Virus record (IMG/VR): IMGVR_UViG_3300033069_001718
Span: 1-61,527 of that record
DNA: 61,527 nt
DNA from: a virus
Strand: one strand, 5' to 3'
The first letter of the stretch is position 1. Each line of letters opens with the position of its first letter. Below the pieces are notes generated by a model, which was given only the letters and a program-made list of their open reading frames with translations, did not search any database and was not told the DNA's origin. Both the position numbers and the translations under genes were made by a program. Below, one piece after another: positions 20,973 through 28,470 of this stretch.

Positions 20973-21218
20973 TTAATTACTCTTTTGGTTGATCTTTTCA
21001 AATTCGTCGGCGATTTTAAAACATAATCGGACGGCAACGTCGGAGGCTTTTTCGGCTGAAAATACTTGTTGTCCCGGACGGGGTTCCCAACACATGGAGG
21101 CTTCCCCAATCGCTTCAAATACAGCTGTATATAATTCGGAAGAAATACGATAACATAGAGGTCGTTGAGCAACGGGGAGTGCCATTGCTTCTTCTTTAGT
21201 TAATATTGTCGCGGTCAT
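20973..21218 (-). CDS. hypothetical protein
   Basis: Small ORF, ATGA-coupled. Confidence 0.3.
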   Translation of the reverse strand: MTATILTKEEAMALPVAQRPLCYRISSELYTAVFEAIGEASMCWEPRPGQQVFSAEKASDVAVRLCFKIADEFEKINQKSN

Positions 21219-21442
21219 AGTTTAGAATCGGTTAAATTTATTTGGTTGCTGAATTCGGTTTTTAGATAGTTTAATAATTTCGTGGCACACTCATCACACA
21301 AATCCATGGATAGTTCTTGATTGTCATACTGACTTGGCCAGCCAAAAGTAAGCCATAAATTACCATTACACTTACGTTTTTTATGTTTATCACAGAGCCG
21401 GACATACTCTTCCTTACGATAAGGAACGGTGACTTTTTTCAT
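21215..21442 (-). CDS. hypothetical small Cys-containing protein
   Basis: CDKHKKRKC...CDEC. Start moved to an internal ATG. Confidence 0.3.
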   Translation of the reverse strand: MKKVTVPYRKEEYVRLCDKHKKRKCNGNLWLTFGWPSQYDNQELSMDLCDECATKLLNYLKTEFSNQINLTDSKL

Positions 21443-21444
21443 AA

Positions 21445-21726
21445 TCAATTGGTTGAACAACAACCGCTATTACTATCACACCCACACTCTGGAGCTGAAC
21501 ATTCCTCTTTTGGTAATCCCGCTTCCGTACCAATGGTGAGCGGCCGGCCCTTGTTCCATGAGGTCTGACCATACCATAATTGCCGCCGTCTTACCGCGCG
21601 GTCATAAGCTTCCAACGCGTCCATCAAATAATCTCCAAGAATGAAGTCCGGTGTATCACTACCACTCTCCATGGAGTGGCGGTTGATTAGGTTTTCTAAA
21701 TCTTTTCTAAATGTTTCAGTATTCAT
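21445..21726 (-). CDS. hypothetical protein, Cys-rich C-terminus
   Basis: C-terminal CSAPECGCDSNSGCCSTN. Start at the ATG immediately after the dUTPase stop. Confidence 0.35.
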   Translation of the reverse strand: MNTETFRKDLENLINRHSMESGSDTPDFILGDYLMDALEAYDRAVRRRQLWYGQTSWNKGRPLTIGTEAGLPKEECSAPECGCDSNSGCCSTN

Positions 21727-21727
21727 A

Positions 21728-22357
21728 TTATCCTTTAAAATCCGCCTGGGTTTCCCGAACGGTTTGCTCATAAGTTTTCTTCGGCGTTTCAACATAATTG
21801 AGCTTACGGTAAAGATCTGCCATGCGTGAGGGAGTTTCTTCAAACTTCGCCGGGCCAGCATAAATTTTATCCGTGCTGCCGAAGCCACCTGCACCCCGCT
21901 GGGTTTTTTCCAGATCATCCACTAGTTCAAAATCAACTTGAGTCGTCGGTTCAAAAACCAACTGCGCAATCTTGTCGCCCTTCTTATAGATTTTTTCCAT
22001 ATTCGGTTGAAAACCAGATCCGACAATCATATCTTGAGGTTGCCATATATACTTGAAGCGGCATAGGATCATACCCCGATAGTCATTGTCAACTAATCCA
22101 ACACTATTGGCCAGTACAAGGTTTTGCTTGCTGATGGATGATCGTGGGTGAATAAGCGTGTGAAAATTAAGCAATGCGGGAGCGATAAATAAACCGGTTT
22201 CATATTCGATATAATCGATTCTACCCCAACTTCCATTTTCTATTTTTTCTCCGACTATCTTAGGATCGCTAGTCGCCACAATATCATAACCGGCGGCTAG
22301 TACACTGCCTTTTTCAGGGAGAGTTACACCGTCCGTTTTTTTAACATAGATTTTCAT
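21728..22357 (-). CDS. dUTPase / dCTP deaminase-family protein
   Basis: LAAGYDI (dUTPase motif 2-like) and GDKIAQLVF (motif 3-like). Confidence 0.65.
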   Translation of the reverse strand: MKIYVKKTDGVTLPEKGSVLAAGYDIVATSDPKIVGEKIENGSWGRIDYIEYETGLFIAPALLNFHTLIHPRSSISKQNLVLANSVGLVDNDYRGMILCRFKYIWQPQDMIVGSGFQPNMEKIYKKGDKIAQLVFEPTTQVDFELVDDLEKTQRGAGGFGSTDKIYAGPAKFEETPSRMADLYRKLNYVETPKKTYEQTVRETQADFKG

Positions 22358-22369
22358 AATCAGACAATA

Positions 22370-23866
22370 TTACAAGCCCTTGGTATTCTCTTCAATATCT
22401 TTTAAGACTTTGGCCTTATCAATTTCAGGAATAGGGAAACCCAAGTGTTTATCTTGAGGCATGTGGTTACCAACATAATCAGTCGGTGAATACAAACCGA
22501 ACCGCTTAACTGGCTTGAAGTTAGCCATAGTATAATCCATTGCTTTACTAAATTGCTCACACATATTTCGTGCGTTAAGTCCACCTTCATTCATAGCCCA
22601 GCGCCGGCCTTCCAAACCGCACTTTTCACGTTTAGCCTTACCCATTAGATACCAATACATCATACCTTCCGCCGCATCTTCCCACTTGGCCAGATCATCG
22701 AAGATATAAGGCGTCGGGATGGAACCTTGGACCAAACGGGTCACCGGCCAGATTGGATACGCCCACGGACCGTGTTTCTTATACTTACCCCAGTTATTGG
22801 AACCAAAATCCGCATCAAATTCGACCGGCTTACCTGTATCATCCACCTGACCGATTTGGTCTTGGAGTCCGCCCGTGGCGGTTACGATAACGGGAGTGCC
22901 GCACATAATACTCTCTGCGCAACTCAGACCAAAACCTTCACTGGAAGATAGATTGATCGTAATGTCACACAAATTGTAAATTAGGTTCATCGCATCCGGC
23001 GGGATTTTAGCTTGTGAAAAGTAAATGTCGTAGTCCGGACAAAAAGCCTCCTTGACGGCGAGCAAATCAGTCCCCGCATCCGATTTAATTTCCGTGTGCA
23101 TCAGCATTGCGCATTGTTTGCGTTCGGCTTCGGGCAAGTTTTCACAGAACTGACGAAACGCCAACATAATATTGCTGGTGCGTTTTCGTTGAATGTTACG
23201 GCTATTATACAAAATTACATACTTATAATCTTTTCCGCCAAGGTATTGGTCACGAATAGTTTTCAATCGCGGGTCATTATCTGGAACCGGCCGGAAAACA
23301 TCAGAATTGATTCCATGCGGCACATAATGGAGAATGTGTTTCCCTTCCGGGGTTGGATCGCCTACATCGCAACATTTATCCGGCCCAAGTACATGTCGGT
23401 TTATGTTAACCGTCTGTTTAGAAATACCCATTAACAAGTCACAACTCTGATAAAACGGCCGGTTATACATTGGATATGGTAAATTATCCCAAATATTTAG
23501 GTAGGTTATGGGAGTGGTTCTTCGGATTTCTCGCTCCAACATATACAACCAACCCCAGAAACGTGGGTCGGTGAAATGCATGATGACATCCGGTTTTTCA
23601 ATACCCATTATTTGATACAGAACATTTTCGTCACCATAGCCATTGACCGCATAGAGTTTGACATATGATCCCTTATTGCCTGTCATTTGATCCGTCGCTT
23701 GACTTAGATCCGCTACCTTACCGGCTTCCGGATGCTGCATCGCACCGGCGATTTGAACCCAGTCGTATTTCCCAACGGTGCCCAAGACAAGGTCGCGGGA
23801 TACCGTTGCGACTCCAGAGTTCATACGGAGATCGTCGGAGAGTAATAGAATTTTTGGTTTGGCCAT
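22370..23866 (-). CDS. glycosyltransferase family 4-like (GT-B)
   Basis: SSEGFGLSCAESIMCGTPVIV is an E-x7-E type motif. Confidence 0.6.
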   Translation of the reverse strand: MAKPKILLLSDDLRMNSGVATVSRDLVLGTVGKYDWVQIAGAMQHPEAGKVADLSQATDQMTGNKGSYVKLYAVNGYGDENVLYQIMGIEKPDVIMHFTDPRFWGWLYMLEREIRRTTPITYLNIWDNLPYPMYNRPFYQSCDLLMGISKQTVNINRHVLGPDKCCDVGDPTPEGKHILHYVPHGINSDVFRPVPDNDPRLKTIRDQYLGGKDYKYVILYNSRNIQRKRTSNIMLAFRQFCENLPEAERKQCAMLMHTEIKSDAGTDLLAVKEAFCPDYDIYFSQAKIPPDAMNLIYNLCDITINLSSSEGFGLSCAESIMCGTPVIVTATGGLQDQIGQVDDTGKPVEFDADFGSNNWGKYKKHGPWAYPIWPVTRLVQGSIPTPYIFDDLAKWEDAAEGMMYWYLMGKAKREKCGLEGRRWAMNEGGLNARNMCEQFSKAMDYTMANFKPVKRFGLYSPTDYVGNHMPQDKHLGFPIPEIDKAKVLKDIEENTKGL

Positions 23867-23886
23867 AGAATATAGTGTGTGGTTGG

Positions 23887-24090
23887 TTAAGCAACAGAAA
23901 AGGATCCCGAATTGGATAGGGCGGGCAAAGAAAACGCATCCATATCAATACGAAATGGAGTTTCACGGACATAACGAAAAACACAACGCTCTACCAAACT
24001 TTGGAGGGTGAGGTGACTTTTTACGCCGAGGATTTTAAATTCGTCATACAATTCATTTTCAAGTTTAACGGTGGTGGCTATTTTCTTCAT
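23887..24090 (-). CDS. hypothetical protein
   Basis: Small ORF only. Confidence 0.25.
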   Translation of the reverse strand: MKKIATTVKLENELYDEFKILGVKSHLTLQSLVERCVFRYVRETPFRIDMDAFSLPALSNSGSFSVA

Positions 24091-24153
24091 AACATATGTG
24101 TAAGGGTTTGAATACTAACTTACATATATAACAGAATAAGTTTTCCGTTAATT

Positions 24154-24417
24154 TTATTTTCCGATGATGTAATCTGTGTAAGGAACGGTTTTACCCCACG
24201 CTTTATAAACTTCATCGGCTGCTTTGGTTCCACATCGCCAAGAACCAAACATCGCAAGGTCTTTAATTGGACGCCCCTCATAGTGTTGAAGTCGTTTTGC
24301 GTTCCCGTTATACCACTCAAAAACAAATTCCGGGCGGTTATCCTTACCTTTACAATTGTAAGCCAAATAGGTTGCGCTTGACCACTCTACTCCAAACCAT
24401 TTGTGTTTCATAATCAA
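24154..24417 (-). CDS. hypothetical protein
   Basis: ATGA-coupled to the upstream nuclease gene. Confidence 0.3.
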   Translation of the reverse strand: MIMKHKWFGVEWSSATYLAYNCKGKDNRPEFVFEWYNGNAKRLQHYEGRPIKDLAMFGSWRCGTKAADEVYKAWGKTVPYTDYIIGK

Positions 24418-25331
24418 TCATCCTCAATTACATCTGATTTTGTATCGCAATTTACCTTTTTATGGATACAATATTTACAATTTTTCTTACCCTTGCCCGG
24501 AACTTTAGGATAGGCTTCCCGGCTTGTATTATAAACTCCCTCTGTGGTAAAACACTCATCGACGAAGGAGGTGAATTTACGAATGGATTTGTTGATCGCT
24601 CCAGAGGTATTGAGTGGGCTAAAAACCTGAATGCGGCTCTGAGGGAAGGCGCATTTTTCCATTAGTTTGCGCTTGAGAATAAAAAACTCCACATCAATCT
24701 GACTCAAGGGTACATTGTACCGTTTGCTATAAATTGCTTTATAGAGCAATACCTGGCTATATTTACTTTCATCGTCTTTCTGCCACTTGTTCCAGCCCAA
24801 AGAAGAGGTTTTGAAATCGACGATCTTTATTCTTCCGGTTTTCTTGTCTTTTAAAACCAGATCGATCAACGCAAGGAATTCCAAGTTGTTTCGGATGGGT
24901 TGGTTAATCCGCAGTTCCACGCCTAAAAATTCATATTTCCCACTGGGGAAATGCCGGCCCCGATTAGAATAATTACAAAACTCAGTGATGATGTCCTGCG
25001 CATCAAAAATAAAACCGGTGTATTCATCATCGGTCTTTGCTACCTTATTCTTTTCAATTTCCCGGTCAAACGCTTCACGGAAAATCTGATTGAGGTTCAA
25101 CGCATCCGCGCTGGGCGCATCTACCGTGTAAAGGGTTTCCACATATTTTTGAATCGCTTCATGTACCGCGGTTCCGAAGCAGAGGTTGAGATTGGCATCC
25201 TTTACTTTTAACTTGAGGATATTATCCAGATACCAATGATGGGGGCAGTTAAACCAAGTCGCGTATTGCGAATAACTGACCAATTTCTTTTTTGTAACCG
25301 GTGGATTATTATTCTTGTCGGGTTCTTCCAT
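24414..25331 (-). CDS. PD-(D/E)XK nuclease with Fe-S cysteines (Cas4 / RecB-exonuclease-like)
   Basis: N-terminal FNCPHHWY Cys. D...IVDFKTS (D/ExK core). C-terminal CKYCIHKKVNC three-Cys cluster. Confidence 0.5.
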   Translation of the reverse strand: MEEPDKNNNPPVTKKKLVSYSQYATWFNCPHHWYLDNILKLKVKDANLNLCFGTAVHEAIQKYVETLYTVDAPSADALNLNQIFREAFDREIEKNKVAKTDDEYTGFIFDAQDIITEFCNYSNRGRHFPSGKYEFLGVELRINQPIRNNLEFLALIDLVLKDKKTGRIKIVDFKTSSLGWNKWQKDDESKYSQVLLYKAIYSKRYNVPLSQIDVEFFILKRKLMEKCAFPQSRIQVFSPLNTSGAINKSIRKFTSFVDECFTTEGVYNTSREAYPKVPGKGKKNCKYCIHKKVNCDTKSDVIEDD

Positions 25332-25369
25332 AAGTGGTACAATACAATAATCAAAGTCAGTTTGTAAAC

Positions 25370-25387
25370 TATATTTATCCAGATATG
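25370..25387 (+). promoter_or_regulatory. conserved start-proximal motif tATATTTATc-N5-ATG
   Basis: ctatatttatccagatATGAAA. Confidence 0.4.
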
Positions 25388-26128
25388 AAATTTATAATCA
25401 CCATCGTATTTCTTTTTTTACTCCACCCAGTCAAGGCGGAGGATTTTATAAACGGAGCCTATTATATTCGGTCAGCTCCCACCAATGCCACTTTTGCTTG
25501 GGTGGGGCAAAAGCAAACTGAAAGCCAACCCCTGCGCGCCGGCCACACATATTCTTCCGATAAAAATCTATTCGATCTGGAGACCAAAGAATATGAGGTA
25601 AGTATTCAGTTATCATCTGGTCTCAGTGTGTTGATCGCCACCAACTCTGAGTTCCGTGTTGATTCTTTTAATCAGATGGTAACGGTGAATCCCGAACCTG
25701 AAACCTTAAAGGGTGGGGATTTTATCTTAAATCTGTCGCTTATGAATGGGTCGGCTTATTTTATAGCGCCCAAGTATTCATCGTCTAATACCCTGTGTGT
25801 ACTACAAACCCCACTGATGAATTTGGAATTGAATGGTGGGAAGTATTATATTAAGGTTAGTCCGAAGTTTACGATTATTTATATCGTGGAAGGCACGATT
25901 GGTCTTTTCGATAGTCAGACCAATCTTAAAACCAGTGAAAACGCAGGCGAAATGGTTTTAATTTTCCCTAGCCCACTCAAACCGACGGAAACCCTCACCA
26001 CCCGCAAAGCCATCGCATCGGATGATATGTTAAAAATATCCGCCAATTTACAAAAATTCTCCCCCAACGCATCAACTCCGGGATTCGTGGTCATCGACGG
26101 TAAAATAATCGGTTATCGCTTACAATAA
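25385..26128 (+). CDS. secreted / signal-peptide protein of unknown function
   Basis: MKFIITIVFLFLLHPVKA signal peptide. Preceded by an ATATTTAT motif. The track start (GTG at 25334) is probably an extension. Confidence 0.4.
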   Translation: MKFIITIVFLFLLHPVKAEDFINGAYYIRSAPTNATFAWVGQKQTESQPLRAGHTYSSDKNLFDLETKEYEVSIQLSSGLSVLIATNSEFRVDSFNQMVTVNPEPETLKGGDFILNLSLMNGSAYFIAPKYSSSNTLCVLQTPLMNLELNGGKYYIKVSPKFTIIYIVEGTIGLFDSQTNLKTSENAGEMVLIFPSPLKPTETLTTRKAIASDDMLKISANLQKFSPNASTPGFVVIDGKIIGYRLQ

Positions 26129-26133
26129 ATTGT

Positions 26134-26427
26134 ATGGTTTCAAAAAATGTGTTACGCTCTCTCACAGAAGATGAGTGGTGTATTTTGTTATATCTGACCA
26201 ATGTCATTCATCCTCCAGGTTTTGGTATGGAAGTAAATGAGGCCATATTAAGCGCTTACAAAAAAGACGCATTATTACAAATATGTTCCCATTATCGTGA
26301 TCGGATTAAACCTGAATATGAACCGATCTACGATACATTGGTTGGAAAATTGAACGGACAAATAGGAGTTACAATTAATGACGCCGCCGAAAGCAGAAAA
26401 TCTGACGAGCACGACTATATCATCTAA
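26134..26427 (+). CDS. hypothetical protein
   Basis: ORF only. Confidence 0.3.
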   Translation: MVSKNVLRSLTEDEWCILLYLTNVIHPPGFGMEVNEAILSAYKKDALLQICSHYRDRIKPEYEPIYDTLVGKLNGQIGVTINDAAESRKSDEHDYII

Positions 26428-26734
26428 GCGCCGAAGCTATCATTGGGGATTTGGTAAACGGGAGCTGGATTTGACAATTTCTGCGGCATCTATTGTCGTT
26501 ATTATAACCGGTGATTCTAAGTATCATTTCCGCTTTGATGACCATTGGTGTAAATGTAATGCGGATTTTCGTTGCCAGACGCCCGTTGAATATATTGAAA
26601 AGGCATGGCTGGTTAAGAACGAACATTCCTTAGAAATACTTTCGTGGTTCGGGGACACTTCAGAATTTATGGAATTTATCAAGGTTGAATATCAGGAAAT
26701 AGTTAATCCCGAACAACGTCTTCTAGATTTATGA
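26378..26734 (+). CDS. hypothetical protein
   Basis: ORF only. Overlaps neighbours. Confidence 0.3.
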   Translation: MTPPKAENLTSTTISSKRRSYHWGFGKRELDLTISAASIVVIITGDSKYHFRFDDHWCKCNADFRCQTPVEYIEKAWLVKNEHSLEILSWFGDTSEFMEFIKVEYQEIVNPEQRLLDL

Positions 26735-27195
26735 CGGATAAAGAAATTAAAACCATCGCTTTAACGATGGAACACAAGGAATCATTCGCGCGGCACATGT
26801 CCAAATTTTTTTCCGAAATGGCATATCGCACGGCGGTCCACGACAACTCCAAATTCAAAATGGATGAGCTAAATGGCTATTCTGAATGTGCGAATGAATT
26901 CAATACCCACCCCTTCGACTCGCCAGGAGAAAGAGCGCTTCGGGAAAAATTAGCGCCGGTAATGACATTACACAAAACAAGAAATCGTCACCACCCTGAA
27001 TATCACGCGGATGGGATTGATGGGATGGACCTTATGGATTTACTGGAGATGTTATGTGATTGGAAATCCGCGTCCGAAAGAACGCCGGGCGATTCTTTAA
27101 AAAAAGCCCTCCCCATTCTTCAAGCGAAGTATAATATAACTCCCCAATTATTAAATATACTTGAAAACACTTTGAAAAACTTTAACCTGTACTGA
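26731..27195 (+). CDS. hypothetical protein, possible HD-domain phosphohydrolase
   Basis: AVHDNSKF (HD) and RHHPEYH His-rich motifs. Weak. Confidence 0.3.
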   Translation: MTDKEIKTIALTMEHKESFARHMSKFFSEMAYRTAVHDNSKFKMDELNGYSECANEFNTHPFDSPGERALREKLAPVMTLHKTRNRHHPEYHADGIDGMDLMDLLEMLCDWKSASERTPGDSLKKALPILQAKYNITPQLLNILENTLKNFNLY

Positions 27196-27199
27196 TGTT

Positions 27200-27427
27200 A
27201 TGAAAATGGAAAATAAGTTATTGCGTTGGATTCACAATATAATCCGTTTTTTAGGCGGGTGTATTGTCGGTTTGTTAATGATCGGTACACTCCTTTTTTG
27301 TATGCCTGCTATGTTTTTTATTGTGGGTCTTGGATCCGGAGCAGGTGTGTGGATACCTATCGTCGCTTCCATTATGTGGTGGATAGTGGTATATACTATT
27401 TTTACTGGCGATGAACATTGGGATTAA
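27200..27427 (+). CDS. small membrane protein
   Basis: Two hydrophobic helices. Confidence 0.3.
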   Translation: MKMENKLLRWIHNIIRFLGGCIVGLLMIGTLLFCMPAMFFIVGLGSGAGVWIPIVASIMWWIVVYTIFTGDEHWD

Positions 27428-27436
27428 CTAAAAATT

Positions 27437-27637
27437 ATGAACTCTCAATTGCTCAGTGAAGTCATCGAAGATGCCAAGAGGGTCAGAGAAACCGCTTTGC
27501 TCAATGCTAAGAACGCATTAGACGATGCGTTTTTGTATCAATACAAAGGTTCGAATTTTATTAGTCAACTACCGGAGTATGACATCAATTACTACGAACG
27601 CAATAGAGCATGTACGCTCCATATCTTGAAAGATTGA
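27437..27637 (+). CDS. hypothetical protein
   Basis: ORF only. Confidence 0.25.
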   Translation: MNSQLLSEVIEDAKRVRETALLNAKNALDDAFLYQYKGSNFISQLPEYDINYYERNRACTLHILKD

Positions 27638-27753
27638 TTTTCTAACGCTTTTTGTTCTAACGCACTATACTTATTAGCATATGGGAAGAAAAAAACTCCA
27701 TAGGACCAGAGAAGAAATCCGGGAGCAAAACCGGATAAGAGCAAGGAGACATT

Positions 27754-28470
27754 ATGCTAAATATAGTTGGAGAATCAAGGAAGAACGAATGCGAGAATAC
27801 TACGAAAAAGTGGGCAAAAACTTGTCCAAAATGTAACTGCGAACAGATATATTCCAGCAGACGGTCTTTGTGGAATGGTATTAGTAAAAACAAACCATGT
27901 CCAAGTTGTGTTAATTCCGGAAAAAATAATCCATTTTACGGAAAGACCCACACCAAAGCTCACATAAAATCATTGTCCGAAAATCAAAAAAACTGTTCTT
28001 ATAGATACAAGAATACAACAGGGAAAAACCCTCCCAAAATTAATAAAATTTGTAAAAATGAAAAATGCAGTAAATCATTTTCTGTAACGGTGGGGCAGAA
28101 GAAGCGTTTGTATTGTTGTTATCAATGCGCATTAAATGACAAATTCGGTTTTTCTAAGATGCGAAAAACGGCGCCCGAAAAGATGTTCGAACGGATGTTA
28201 AAAAAACATAAGATAAAATATAAATATGGATTCGTGCTCGGCGGAAAAATATACGATTTCTATATTCCTAAAAAAAATCTTTTAGTGGAGGTCGATGGAA
28301 TATATTGGCATGCAAAAGGAATTTCTAAATCAAAAATGAATTTTACACAACTATCGAATCGGCGTAATGACTTAAAAAAAGATGACATAGCTAAGAAAAA
28401 CGGATACGCTTTAATAAGAATTTGGGAAGATGAATTGGAAGAAAACAAATGTATAAAAATATTTTCATAG
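27754..28470 (+). CDS. homing-endonuclease-like protein (zinc finger + NUMOD3-like + DUF559/Vsr-like nuclease domain)
   Basis: CPKCNC...CPSC zinc ribbon. NNPFYGKTHTKAH is a NUMOD3-like motif. C-terminal LLVEVDGIYWH...IRIWEDEL is DUF559/Vsr-type. Overlaps the polymerase start by 22 nt. Confidence 0.5.
   Translation: MLNIVGESRKNECENTTKKWAKTCPKCNCEQIYSSRRSLWNGISKNKPCPSCVNSGKNNPFYGKTHTKAHIKSLSENQKNCSYRYKNTTGKNPPKINKICKNEKCSKSFSVTVGQKKRLYCCYQCALNDKFGFSKMRKTAPEKMFERMLKKHKIKYKYGFVLGGKIYDFYIPKKNLLVEVDGIYWHAKGISKSKMNFTQLSNRRNDLKKDDIAKKNGYALIRIWEDELEENKCIKIFS

Noticed and set aside
594-23434. Numerous 60-150 aa plus-strand ORFs inside the minus-strand glycan cluster (e.g. 594..986, 2319..2540, 10891..11301 minus-frame, 12556..12861, 16624..16914, 20349..20813, 23096..23434)
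   Set aside because: All overlap long motif-bearing minus-strand genes. They have no start context and are AT-rich antisense shadows.
24120-24326. Alternative 68-aa minus ORF overlapping 24154..24417
   Set aside because: A different frame of the same region. The 24154..24417 frame is ATGA-coupled to the nuclease gene, so it was preferred.
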